A stretch of 64,000 bases of DNA from Nymphaea colorata (GCF_008831285.2 NC_045138.2:13082001-13146000), one strand, 5' to 3'; numbered from the stretch's first letter, positions 50,502 through 63,919 are shown. Numbers and translations are program-made. The notes: generated by a model not told the origin, from the sequence alone.

Positions 50502-52313
50502 ACTGCTGTCGATCTATAGCGGTGATGGTTTGCGTCGAAATTGTACCGGTGACATCTCTCACCGTTGTAAATCTATAGTGGTGATCGACTTGAAAATGGT
50601 CATTTGTGATTAAAAACGGATATGAATATTTGATCAAGGGTCAGAAATGGTAAATCTGATTCATTCTAATCCATTGAGTGCGATGGAATTGAACCAACTT
50701 CACTCAATCTCTCTCTAGAGATCAATTTTCTGCTATTCTCTTCTCTAAAAGGTCTCCCTAATTTTGCTTCTAGTCTCATATCCCCCTATGAATGAATCCA
50801 ATCATATAAACCACATTAAACTTTATTGTGACACAACTTTGATGAGGTATGAGATGCCTTTCATCACATTCATTGATTTTACAAGCGCGAAATTTCAAAC
50901 AAAACGAATAAACATCAATAAACTTGGACACACACAAAGGCTCTTGCATTTCTAGCAAAAGCGCATCTATCAAATTGACAAGACAATGCACGTTTAAAAT
51001 TTTGATTAGGCAACCCCCTGAGAAGGCTCGATGGGGCAAAGAAGGAGAAGAAAATCAAAGGGAGGAAAGGCAAAAACCAAAGCTGATCTTCATATTGAAC
51101 AGCAAGGCAAACCCAACAATGACATAAAAAATTGCATATGTCATAGAATAAATGAAAACAAAGACACATATAGGGCGGTGTACAGTACCTTATTTACATA
51201 ATCAGGTAGGAGTCCAGCTCATAAATGTATAAAACTGGCCATGGAAGTAGAAACTAGTAGAGAATTTTAGGGAAATGCAAGCAAGCTATTGAACAGCCAA
51301 AGAAGCTAGTAGAGAAGTTTGCATTATTGTGCCTTTGGCTGTTCAACAGCTTGCTTGCATTTCCTTAGTTTCATTTGAAAGTACATGTGACAAAACATCA
51401 CATATAAGAACAACCAACGGAAACAGAAAAACTTAGCCATGTAGCAACTGTAAAATTATTTATTGTAAAGCCAATTATAGTGTGCAATTTTATAACTTTC
51501 TAAAAATAAAAAAGGAATGACAAGCGAATGGAATATTATGAACAGTCAGAACCGCAAGGCGCCATCAAGATGCATACCTCAGCAACACTGATTTTTGTCT
51601 GGCCCAAGAAACATAGCCTTCTAGATCAACTTCAACACTTAAGTTCATAATAACGGTACAAATATAGGAGAATATGTCAATCACAAAGTTTGTTATCAAA
51701 TTGTTGAGTACACATCCCACAACCCATACCTCCAAACAACTTGTGACAAATCACATGATATATATATATATATATATATATATTTTCATATTCCAATGCT
51801 AAACATGACAATAGCAGGACAGGAAAATATGAACTTAACCCATTGAATGTAACTCACTTTAAAAACAAGTTTCTTTTGCGGCTGTTTTATGCCATTTCTT
51901 ACTTTTAAAAAGACCTTTTAATTGTTTTTTAAATTGAACAGTTATTTACTATTTTGATGGGGAGCCCATAACGACCGAATAAAATTCAAATTGAAATAAA
52001 AAACAAAAAATCCCTGCCCATTATACGTGAGATAAACAAAACGCTGGTTGGGGCAAATCGAATTTCTTTTTTCCTGCCCATTAAACCTGAGTTGAAGAAT
52101 ATGTCCGTTGCTCGATTTTCCCGTAATCATATTTCCAGAAATTTCGGATCAGCTTTCCTATTCGATGAAAAAGCCCGTTAGGGCTGGCATGGTGAGCATC
52201 GGCTTCTGCCGCACCGGCCGTCCTCCTCCTTGCAGCTTCCTTCATCGCAGCTCCCTCCTCTAGCCCTGCAGCTTCGTGGGTGAGCGGAACGGCGTTGGCG
52301 GTAAACAGTTTTC
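50502..52313 (+). repeat. 1.8-kb segmental duplication, copy 1 (copy 2 at 61948-63762)
   Basis: Colinear, highly similar sequence from ACTGCTGTCGATCTATAGCGGTGATGG to GGCGGTAAACAGTTTTC. The paralogous ORFs 50776-51039 and 62212-62475 are nearly identical. Confidence 0.97.
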
Positions 52314-52500
52314 GTCTGGCGACATCTGGTCCGTGTGCCGGCCGCCGTGAAGGTCTTCAAAGCTCGTCCGGAAGCCTTCTTCAAAAGGGACTGGTTAAGA
52401 AGGCACTGGAGTTCTTCGTGTTCTGCGAAGCTTTTGTTCCTCGCATCGTCTTCTCAACCAACCGAAAGCTTTGAGATTTTCACCAACTGCAGGTTCCTCT
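51960..52500 (+). promoter_or_regulatory. Putative promoter and GC-rich first exon of an unidentified (pseudo)gene or lncRNA
   Basis: Several GCCCA/TGGGC site-II-like motifs (51960-52180) precede a GC-rich block that ends at CAG|GTTCC (~52491), followed by a pyrimidine-rich intron-like tract. No recognisable ORF. Confidence 0.35.
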
Positions 52501-53339
52501 CCCCCCCCCCTCTCTCTCTCTCTCCTGCGATGAATTAGATTGATTGTCTTCTGTCTCTCTATTTCCTTGTCCTGTTTCTCCTTTCTTACCTTGTTCTGGT
52601 TGGATAGATTTGAGCGACCTTTTCCTCGCTTTCATCTTGGAAGTTGAGGGTCTTCTTTTCCTGCCTCTGGTTGCTGATCATTTTAATCCATGGGCATCCG
52701 GTTTTTTTTTTTTTTGTTTCGCGAGGTTGAGATTCCCTGATTTCCTTTGTTCTTTTTTTTGTTTTGTTTTGCACGGTCGTGTTTTTTAAGGGCTTTTATT
52801 TTTTCTGACCCGAGAATGTTGTTTTTCCTTTTCTGGCGACCGTTACGGGCTTACACTTTGTTCCAGGAATGGAACCCCACAAGGTTTTGTTTTAATAGAA
52901 ATTGGCAGAAGAACATGGTTTGGCAGTGTCTCAGACATGAGGGGATAAGCCGTGTTTTTCCATGCTTCAAGCACTGTTACAAGGGCGATTCCTAAATCGC
53001 AAACGCAGGCTGTTTTATGGTGAAATTGAGTAATTTTATGAGAAATTTTCACATTGAAGGTGTGGTTAGGAGCTTGGCAGCACACTTGATATGTTTTCTT
53101 GTTTCAAGTTCTGTTTTGCGTTCTCACGGTCTTCAAACTGTGATACTGCAGTGTAGCTGGAAGTTTGTCTCTGTATTAGAAGTGGTGTTGCATTGTTTTA
53201 TGTGATATAAATGAGGGGGTCTGACTGACAGGATTTGTTTACATGCTCATCTTCTGAAACATCACCTTGACAGTAGTTTCGGTTACATTCTTCACTTCAG
53301 TATGGTCTGAGTCGTAGCTGCTGTTTTCTAATACCTTCC

Positions 53340-53608
53340 TGTTAGTGTATTTCTGCTACTGAGAAGACCACTTCAATACTCGACAAGGATAAGCTTGCAG
53401 ACTGCTCTTATGCTAGATCTTTCATATGTGTGTGTATGTAGATCTTGTGTTTGCCATTGTAAGAAAGCTTTTTCCACAACTTTTGTTGTGATCCAATTAT
53501 ATTTTTCATTCTTTATTTTCTTGGTGACTTGGCATTAGTGCCTTTCATTGAGTTTCAATTTAGGTTTACATGTCATTATTGTGACTCACATTTTTGTGGT
53601 ATTAGAGC
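53340..53608 (+). mobile_element. Copia-type LTR plus PBS remnant related to the element at 1284-1546
   Basis: Starts TGTTAG and shares ..CATTCT..TGTGA(T/C)TTGGC(G/A)TTAGTGCC..TCATTG.. with 1440-1490. Ends CTCACA, then TGGTATTAGAGC at 53597-53608. Confidence 0.6.
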
Positions 53609-53754
53609 TCTGGCTTGGGCTTTGATTTGCTGATTGTGGATACAACTTTTTAGTTGGTTCATAAATGTGGTGTTCACCAACTATTCGTGAAATTATTGAA
53701 GTTACAAGTTGTCGGTGGGCCAAACTTTTGTGCAATCCAAACCTAGTCGTTTGT

Positions 53755-55132
53755 TTAGGGAGAGAATGTGCTTTACCCAATTGTTTGAAACTTCCAATTA
53801 GTTGAGGACCTGACACTTATGAGAACTTTTCACCCTTAAACCAACATTTTGTGTAGAATGCCCTACTTTTATAGGAGAGCTGATGTAGTTCATTCTTCTT
53901 CCCAACAAATCCATCTGGTTTCATAGACACTCCTCTCATAGTGGCAGAAGAGAGTTTCTACTTCTAGGTGATATACCATTTGATGTCAAGAAGTTTTTTG
54001 AAAGTGAAAATTTTTAATTTTACCTAAAAACATTTTAAAAGTGTTTTCTCACCTAATGATATACCTTCATCTTATTCTTACTACCTCATCGAGTAGAAGG
54101 AAAAAATTTCAAGTTTTTGATGCCAATCATTAGAAGAGGAAATCTTCAAAGATCCTGGATATGAGCAGTGAAGAAAGAAAAATTCAATGAAACTGAGAAA
54201 GTCAAGACTATGAAAGGCTATTGACTTAAGTGATCAAGCGTCTGCAAGGATTTATCAGGAAAATATCTTAGGAGAGAAGCCATAATGCCTTTTAAAATAT
54301 TGGCAGGTAGCAAAATGAGAGTTGAGAGATGGGCTCGGGGCTTGTGTGGTCGTTCCTCTGGGTCAGTAATCGAGAGTACCGGGTAGGCATAAAGGTGATT
54401 TATGTCTATACCGCGAAGATGAAGACTTATGAACTTTTGACATGTTGAAAACCCGCAAGGTGAAACGGGTTGGATACATGAAAAAACTACACATAACCAC
54501 TAAAGTGGTGGAGCTCCGTAGTAGCCTTTGGGGTGGTGAGGGATTCCCTCAAAGGTGAAGGTCGGCCTAAAGAAAAAAATCAAAAGCAAAAAAAAAAAAA
54601 AACGAAGGGGCAAAAAGCCTATTGCAAAAAAAAAAAGGAAAAAAAAAAGGTGGCTTCTAAGATATGAATGGCATGAAGGCTGAACTCCTAGGAATTGAAT
54701 GTGACAGTCTTTTGTGGATGCACGAGTCTTGAGTCAATAGCCATTCCTCTTTTTGACTTTCTAAGATGTTGAGGATGATTCTTTGACTTTCTAAGATGTT
54801 GAGGATGATTCTTTTATGTTCATATTTTGAAAATTTAAAGATTTTCCTTTCTAGAGATTCAACAACATTGATGCGAAATGAATCCTACTGCTTGTACAAT
54901 ATTGAAGGTAAATGAAGGACATATCATTTGCACAACGAGCACTCAAGCTTATGATTTAAATCGATGATTAAATGAGTTGTTTCAAAATAAAAACTTGACA
55001 TCTTTTGTTATGTTTCCTAGCTTCTTGGACCTGTGAGGAACTCCCAACTCCTCTTTGTTCTTGAAAGATGTCTACCAAAACGGCTACCCAGCAAACCTAT
55101 TCCATTCATATCGAGTGTAATGAATTTCCTAT
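53755..55132 (+). mobile_element. Dispersed repeat family, copy 2
   Basis: Colinear with 35950-37335; contains a copy-specific 30-bp doublet at ~54752-54812. Confidence 0.7.
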
Positions 55133-58100
55133 CGTGTGTTTGCAGTGTTAGCTGGGCAATGACTTGCATAAAGATGGTTAAACAGTTGTTTGTTTGTGTT
55201 TTTTGTTTATTGGGTTGTCATAATTTGGTAGGAAACCAACTCTATGCCTGTACATTTGAGAGCTTGAAAACCACACCCAAAACACCAGAAATCTCCTCAG
55301 AGATAGTGTTGTTGTTGTAAACTTCTATTTCCAAAATTGTGGATGTTTAGGTGACTTCAACCTTTGACAATTGATTTGTTTTGCTTCCCAAGACCGATTA
55401 TCCCTTGGGTTTAGCTTATTTGATTGCAGGGAATCTGATTTGACCCAGTGGTTGCAAATTTATATTGAAATGAAGAATTTTTGCTATAAATTCATGAGAA
55501 AATTGCATATAAATGAAGAATTTTTGCTATAAATTCATGAGAAAATTGCATATATGTGCAGAAATTAGATTGCTTGCAGCAACCTGACAAGTTTCTAGTA
55601 GTCAATTAGTTTGTCTTTTACCTGAATTTGTGATCTCAGTTCTGCTAGTGTATGCATGAGACAACTTAAGTCAGAGTCATGTACACTTAAAGCAGTCTTT
55701 CAAATTTGTTGATATTCAGTTGCCGTTTACCATAGTCCAATTAGTTTAGAGAGTTACAGACTCTATAATTAAAGCGTTTATCAGTTTATCTTAGAGCTCT
55801 TACATTTTTTTCCAAGTCTCATTCATTTGTTTCCAAGTTGGTGATCAAAAGAAACTTTTGAAGAAATTAAAGGGCGGATGCATCCAGAGAATCTTGCATT
55901 TTTTGTCTATCTTCGTACATGTTTGGCGTCTAGAGAATTGTGCATTTTTGAGTCCGTTTTAGTATCTGTTTGTTCCCCATATTTGATACGGACTTGCCAC
56001 TTATTGGAAAATTTAAAATTTGGTGTATGGTTTTCTCTGGTTTTTATGAAGAATATCATTTTAAAGAGATTTAACATAAAAACCACACCAAATTTTTGTC
56101 GACATTGCCAGGGCATGGAGAAAGTATACCAAAATTACTTTTGTTGCCTCTTAGGTAGAATCTGCAACATTGTTTAGTATTCAAGCGGAATCCTTCTCAT
56201 TAACCTTGTAGCCATTAGTGGAAATCTTTGTACACTTTGTACTATTGCCTGCTTTGTTGATTTGGTTTTTCCTTTTTCTTTTGTTTTTGTGTGCGTGTGG
56301 GTGAGAGAGATTTTATATCTGGTAGAGTTCAACTTAGTTAGTGAATGTAGGATTATTTCTTCATTTTCTTGGTGTGTTTTTATTCCAACCTTTTTGGCTT
56401 GAGTTGTTGAATTATTGAGCTTAAAGTGCAAGGAGGAGAGATTAGACAAGTAGGGATAGAGTAGAAGTCTACTTGTGTTTGATGGTTTAATTGAGTGTTT
56501 ATTTCTTGATTTTATTGCGGCTCAACAGTGATGGTTTGTGGAAGAACAAGATCTTGCGAAGCTGGGATCCTAAAGTTACTTGCTTGAAAAAGAAAACTGA
56601 ACTTTTTTCATACCTTACTGTAAATGAGAAAAAGAAGGGTAGCACTGTTTGTGAATAATGTGTTATTTACTGAACTTGCGTAGATAGTGAATAATGGGCG
56701 GTTCTTTTTTCCTTACTGCAGTTACAGTGGGTCTATATGTTGATGAGGCGTCAAGAATAATTTCAAGCCAGCTTCAGTGTATAGTAGTAAACTTTGCGCC
56801 CTAACTGAATTTGACATGTTTACCCTAAGCCAAGGCCACCTTGGTTGAACAGGTATTTGGCAGTTAGGTGGTATTGCAGACTTAAAAGCTAGAGATTAAA
56901 TTGTGACGCCGAGCTTGCAAGGTTAGAGGCATTTTCAAGTGGATTGTCACTGGCCTTTTATCATTTTCCAGATATCCTTTCCTTGTTCTGCATGGGTTCT
57001 TGCAGTTGCACAGGCCATTAAATTTTCGGAGTTGAGGTTAGGATCTAGACAACAAGGCACAAGAAAATCCTTGAGCATTAGGGATACCTTGCAATTCTAC
57101 ATGCTTTTCTGAAAAGCATTACTCAGTAACCCTATTATAGTTGTATAGTTGTACCGCTCTTCCTCAGGTTAATAGATTTGGGTTTTTGGTTAATCCACAA
57201 TGCATATGTCACACTTTCCTTTCACCAATGATATCTGCTCAATTGTTCCTTGAAGACGACTGGGCTTTCAAACTTCAAATATAAACTAAGCTGTTCTTAT
57301 ATGGTGCAGGTTGCTTATCCTCTTCCACAACGTGTTTGGTCTGCTGCTTTGGCGGATCTGAAACACACTCCCCCCTCAAATAGCTTCAGTTTTAATAGCC
57401 TAATACTGTAATGATTTCATGATTTCACAGAGTAGAATACTAATAATGCTGACCCACAGGTGATCCTAATGCAGCCCAGCAAATTACCTTTATATCTTCA
57501 CTTAGAATGTGATGTAAAGGTTCGGTCAAAGACTAAATAATTGGATCTCCAATGAGTAAAAAGATAAAAGACAAGAAAGAGAGCAGTAGTAGGGGCATGG
57601 TGGTCAACATGGGCAAAATGTGATGGCTGATAAACTTGCAGTAAATAGTTTGGCAGAAGGCTTGTGCCTGGGAAGGCGAGTAAGCTGTTTCTCGGTGGCA
57701 AGGGAGACTCACTGGTCATTGGGATGCACATTGCCTAGTTGACGCAATCCATTGATAGTTGAAACCCGTGAAGAAGTCCATGGACCAGGTGACAGATTGT
57801 AGGGCAGCCTGTGAATGGAAGGTGAGTGGTTTATTATATCAGGATCAGTAGCATGGATTTATTTTGAAATAATAGATTTGATGTTCACTTGCACCTCCAG
57901 CATGACTTTTTTATTTTTTTGCTGTATTATAGCAGACTGCCTAGTAAAGAATTCTTGTGACACAGGACTCTGGACATGCCTTAGAATGCCCAATTTAACC
58001 AATAGGCACACATACATTATGAATCCCCAAATTATGCTAGAGGTTTTATTGCTTGAACTGTTTTACCATTCTAAAAAGGACCAATGCATTCCTGCTTGAT

Positions 58101-58955
58101 GTTGTTGGCCGCATCTTTGAGAGGTACGCTTTGTTCATGGGTTCAGGAGATCAATTCATGCTCTTAAGAATGCTAGCAGAATTAGTCCTTTGGTGGACAA
58201 GGGGCCTCAGAAGTGTCTTGCAAAACAGTCATTTTGAATACAACATGCATGTGTGGTATTGTCCTTTTTTTTTTTTTTTGGTTTATTCTGTAGAAAAAGA
58301 ACGGGACAACGAAGCTGGAGGTAGGAACTGGAAGTCTGGAACTATATTGGTGCACTGCACTAGATGAATGGCTGAAGGTGCTTTCTCTCTCTCTTTCTCT
58401 TTTCTCTCTCTCTTTTATGATACTCATTCGTGGGTTTAGGATGTGGGCAATTGTAGAGTAGCCATGTTAAATTTTCAATCACCCTCCTCCTCACCCTAAT
58501 TCTTCCTGCACTTTAGTCACAGCAACAAGTTCAACAGTCTCCCAGGGGATATAGAGAAAACATACCCCTACCCGCCTAAGGAGGTATTTCACTTAGCTGG
58601 ATCTCTGGAGATGAGCCCTAACTAGGGAATTTTAGTTTGCCAAAGGGTTTCCCTTTCTGTAGTGCATTTGGAAGAACCGAAAATTAGATGGTTCAAGTAG
58701 TTTGTCTCTTGGTCTTGGTCAAGGTGACAACAGTCTAGATTTGGCCCTTCAACTTAGATTATAATATTGAACAACCACAATTGTGGGGGCGTACCTGATG
58801 AAATTCACATTGAAGTACAGGCAGCTAAGCCACAGTTGTTGTTGGCCTTTTCAACGGGAGAGAGTTAGGAGTCTTTTTCGGAAATTCTTTGATGTTGCTT
58901 ATGACAAAATACAGAAGTTGGAAGTTGGTTTAACTGTCAAAGTGTTTTGGCATTG

Positions 58956-59002
<47 letters not shown>

Positions 59003-59460
59003 GGTCAAGGACACCACAAACATTGGGAGTCTGGCGAGGGAGAACCCTAATTGGGGATTAGGGCTGATGAGCGTGCGTAGCGGTGGGTACAACTGGTAGT
59101 GGCTAACAACTGGTATCTCCTTCAGCCATAATATGAAATTCCTCATAGCTGTATGGCCATGCCCTCGCGAGTTTTGGGCTATGGCTCCGGTGGCAGCTCT
59201 TCCTCTTCCTCGTCTAGGAGTGTTATGAGAGGTTGTGTCTAGGAGTGTTATGAGAGGTTGTGCCGGTATTTTTTAGGAGTAAGAGGGAGGCGTCTTCACA
59301 ATAGATGGTTCTTTTCATCCGTTGAACGTTGAAAGAGGGAGGCATCTTACACCTGAGGGATGCTAAGGATTACAGTCGCTGCTTATAGAAAATCGGGCAT
59401 GGATAGGTTTGAAGGATTGGTTGATGAATGCTTTGTTAATTGTAGGGAAGTCAAAGGAGG

Positions 59461-59990
59461 ATGCTTGTGGGTAGAGAAAAAAAAAGACGGGAGTGTCACA
59501 TCCCTGCTAGCAGTGTTGCATCAATATACCCCAAGCTTTAAGCTTTTAGGGGGGGTTTTAGGGGGGGTTGCACCTTCAGATCTTTGCAGCTGTCATGGTA
59601 GCTTGAACAGGCATTGTTGATAAAAGGGAGACAAAGTTAAGAATGATCCAGGCAGAATTGGAGAGGGGGCATGTAGGTGACCGAATGGTATCTGTCGGAG
59701 GGGGGGAACGAGAAGCCTATAATAAATCCAAAAAGAAATGAATGATGCATTCTCTGTGATAGTATGATCATGATCACATGTTCCTCGGAGTACTAAGCAG
59801 GTAGAGGGGCATATATCACAATTCAGGCATTTCCAAACCTTTAAAGATAAAGTGAAGAGATTGCTCAGGCTTGAAGGAATGATGAGCACCTTTCTTAATC
59901 TCCTGAGAGGCACACCTTGTTGATGACCCATTTCCAACCAGTCACAACTCGTCTCACGAGCACTTTGAAGTTAATTTCAAGGTTAGGCTA
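59461..59990 (+). repeat. ~0.53-kb dispersed repeat, copy of 27537-28120
   Basis: Colinear similarity with small copy-specific indels. Confidence 0.93.
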
Positions 59991-60580
59991 ACATTGATTG
60001 AAATTGTCAGAAAATTTAAGAAATATCCTTTTAACAAAGATGTTGTTCTTAGTGCCGGAAAGGGTAACTATACAATTAGGAAGCGGCTGTTGAAGTTGTA
60101 GAGAGGGGAAAAGATTTTGCCATATTGCATATTCATTCCAGTGGGCCGGGCCGCACTATGATGGGGCTACCCTGGTCACATTGCTTGAGAAGATCTGCAA
60201 AACAAACACAGTCAAGAAGTCAATGCACTGTGGGGGCCTGGACTGCATCTCCTGGCTCAATGGAAGGCTCTTCTCGTACAACAACCATTTTTCTTTACAA
60301 CCATTTATCTTTACACGTTGAGGAGAAAGTGGTTTTTAGGCATTGGGTATAAAATTGGATAGGATCCCCAAGAGACTGATCTAGTAGTGCTTATATATGG
60401 ATGGTCTAAGGACCACCACTAACATTGAGGGTCTGGCCAGGCCCTCTGGCCATGGATAACCCTAATCAGGGATTAGGGGTTCGAAGGGGGGACTCTTGTT
60501 AGGGGTGGCTGACACAAAGCCTTTCCAATAATTAGGTGTTTGGATTCACCTACCTAATATTGTTAGGTTTTTAAGTTGAC

Positions 60581-61797
60581 AATTTTGGATCAAAGGAAAT
60601 TATCTTGAAATGTGCATTGGGTAACAACCAACCCCAATGTGATAACTCGGATGAAGGCAATTTGAATTCCAACCATCTTTTTCGAGATTCAGCTGTTGTT
60701 TTGATTGCAAACGACTTCCCCCAACAAACTAACTTCATTCTATGTTGGCACTTGGAGAATCCGTCCATTCTATGTTGCTAAGTTGACATATCCTGCTCAG
60801 GACAGTGCTTGCTTGCTGTTATCTGAAGTGATGATTTTGACAAGAAAATTTTTAGAGTAGGATTTTAGATTGTTTCTCTCGGTACTTTAACTTGGAGACT
60901 GAAGGACGGAAGTAAATTCCTTTCATTTGTGTTGTCAACAAAAAGTAAAGTTTGAATGCACAGCATTCCCTGGAGAAACACAGCTGTTATTTTCTCTTTG
61001 ATTCCTCTTTCCACCAGTCCTTAAACCCAATATCCCCAGACTGCAAGGATGAGATAGAAAGCTTCGTTCAAGAATTCATTCGGTCGTAAATGAAACCGTT
61101 TTCTTTGGTTCGGGAAGCAGTTGGATCCACATTTCAGGTATAAAGACTCAAAAGCTTTCTCAGTTCATCAGTTAAAGTGGAAACTTCTTCAAGGAGCACT
61201 ACTTGTTGAAGCCCAGTATGGGCCACCGAAGTCCAATTAGATAGAGAAAAGCATTTTCGTTTTGTTACTATTTTGAGTCATATGAAACGAGTTGCCACAC
61301 CAAGCTGACAGTGCAGTAATGTCATGCCCAGACCTCGTTACAGCCGTGGAATAAGATGAAGGAAAGCCTTTTTGGCCTTTAACTAGCAACTTAAGGCAAA
61401 ACGTACCACAAAAATTTAATTATTGTATATATGCTATATTTTGCCTCAAATAACTGGAAATTTTAATGCGTGGAAAAAGGTTCTCTTTCTTGGAAGCGTT
61501 TTATTTTAATCAGAATCTTTTCATAGATTTTATTACAAAAACTGATTTTATTTAATTTATAAACCAAAAGGTGAGCCAAAAGAATTTTCCTTAAAAATAT
61601 ATTTCTTTAAGAAAATTGAACTCAGCTGTATAATCACATTTTGTTAGGTATTTAACTTTGAAAATTTTGGATCAAAGGAAATTACGGGTGACAATGAAGG
61701 GTTTAAACCCCAACGCTTGCAATTTGAACTCCAGGCATCTTTTTTGAGATTCGCCTGTTGTTTTGATTGCCACCAGTCCTCCCCAAACTACTCATTG
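60581..61797 (+). repeat. Diverged ~0.15-kb repeat pair (~60581-60738 and ~61664-61797)
   Basis: AATTTTGGATCAAAGGAAATTA..AATTTGAAYTCCA..GAGATTC..CTGTTGTTTTGATTGC is present in both. Confidence 0.75.
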
Positions 61798-61947
61798 CAG
61801 CGAATACAGGCACCGCCGTAAGTCGATGCCGGTGATGGACGCCATCGGAATTGGTTTTTGCGGTGATTGAATTCACCTCTGTATGGGATCTCGACCGGTA
61901 ATTTGTGCCGCCGCTATTTTGCACAAGTTATAGCGGTGATGGAATTC

Positions 61948-63762
61948 ACTGCTGTCGATCTATAGCGGTGATGGTTTGCGTGACGTCTCCCACCGTTGTA
62001 AATCTATAGTGGTGATCGACTTGAAAATGGTCATTTGTGATTAAAAACGGATATGAATATTTGATCAAAGGTCAGAAATGGTAAATCTGATTCATTCTAA
62101 TCCATTGAGTGGGATGGAATTGAACCAACTTCACTCAATCTCTCTCTAGAGATCAATTTTCTGTTATTCTCTTCTCTTCTCTAAAAGGTCTCCCTAATTT
62201 TGCTTCTAGTCTCATATCCCCCTATGAATGACTCCAATCATATAAACGACATTAAACTTTATTGTGACACAACTTTGATGAGGTATGAGATGCCTTCCAT
62301 CACATTCATTGATTTTACAAAAGCGAAATTTCAAACAAAACGAATAAACATCAATAAACTTGGACACACACAAAGGCTCTTGCATTTCCAGCAAAAGCGC
62401 ATCTATCAAATTGACAAGACAATGCACGTTTGAAATTTTGATTAGGCAACCCCCTGAGAAGGCTCGGTGGGGCAAAGAAGGAGAAGAAAATCAAAGGGAG
62501 GAAAGGTAAAAACCAAAGCTGATCTTCATATTGGACAGCAAAGCAAGCCCAACAATGAAATCAAAAATTGCATATGTCATAGAATAAATGAAAACAAAGA
62601 CACATATAGGGCGGTGTACAGTACCTTATTTACATAATCAGGTAGGAGTCCAGCTCATAATTGTATAAAACTGGCCATGGAAGTAAAAACTAGTAGAGAA
62701 TTTTGGGGAAATGCAAACAAGCTATGGAACAGCCAAAGAAGCTAGTAGAGAAGTTTGCATTATTGTGCCTTTGGCTGTTCAACAGCTTGCTTACATTTCC
62801 TTAGTTTCATTTGAAAGTACATGTGACAAAACATCACAGATAAGAACAACCAACGGAAACAGAAAAACTTAGCCATGTAGCAACCGTAAAATTATTTATT
62901 GTAAAGCCAATTATAGTGTGCAATTTTATAACTTTCTAAAAATAAAAAAGGAATGACAAGAGAATGGAATATTATGAACAGACAGAACCGCAAGGCGCCA
63001 TCAAGATGCATACCTCAGCAGCATTGATTTTTGTCTGGCCCAAGAAACATAGCCTTCTAGATCAACTTCAACACTTAAGTTCATAATAGCGGTACAAACC
63101 TAGGAAAATGTGTCAATCACAAAGTCTGTTATCAAATTGTTGAGTACACATCCCACAACCCATACCTCCAAACAACTTGTGACAGATCACATGATATATA
63201 TATATATATGTTAGATTAATCTAAAAAAATATTTCCATATTCCAATGCTAAACATGACAATAGCAGGACAGGAAAATATAAGCTTAACCCATTGAATGTA
63301 ACTCACCTTAAAAACAAGTTTCTTTAGCCGCTGTTTTATGCCATTTCTTACTTTTAAAAAGACCTTTTAATTGTTTTTTAAATTGAACAGTTATTTACTA
63401 TTTTGATGGGGAGCCCATAACGACCGAATAAAATTCAAATTGAAATAAAAAACAAAAAATCCCTGCCCATTATACGTGAGATAAACAAAACGCTCGTTGG
63501 GGCAAATCTAATTTCTTTTTTCCTGCCCATTAAACCTGAGTTGAAGAATATGTCCGTTGCACGATTTTCCCGTAATCATATTTCCAGAAATTTCGGATCA
63601 GCTTTCCTATTCGATGAAAAAGCCCGTTAGGGCTGGCATGGTGAGCATCGGCTTCTGCCGCAGCCGCCGTCCTCCTCCTTGCAGCTTCCTTCATCGCAGC
63701 TCCCTCCTCTAGCCCTGCAGCTTCGTGGGTGAGTGGAACGGCGTTGGCGGTAAACAGTTTTC
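61948..63762 (+). repeat. 1.8-kb segmental duplication, copy 2
   Basis: Colinear with 50502-52313. It is truncated inside the GC-rich putative first exon. Confidence 0.97.
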
Positions 63763-63775
63763 ATATGGCGGACAA

Positions 63776-63919
63776 CAAAATGACTGTTTTGCAAGACACT
63801 TCTGAGGCCCCTTGTCCACCAAAGGCATTCTTAAGAGCATGAATTGATCTCCTGAACCCATGAACAAAGCGTACCTCTCAAAGGCTAACAACGTCAAGCA
63901 AGTATGCATTGGTCCTTTT
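63776..63919 (-). repeat. Inverted copy of 58074-58236
   Basis: The reverse complement matches with small deletions. ORF 63709-63954 (-) FERYALFMGSGDQFMLLRM equals ORF 58053-58367 (+). Confidence 0.92.

Noticed and set aside
51342..51362. Annotation as a bona fide MIR396 gene
   Set aside because: Four mismatches including the seed region, and on the wrong arm; kept only as a hairpin finding.
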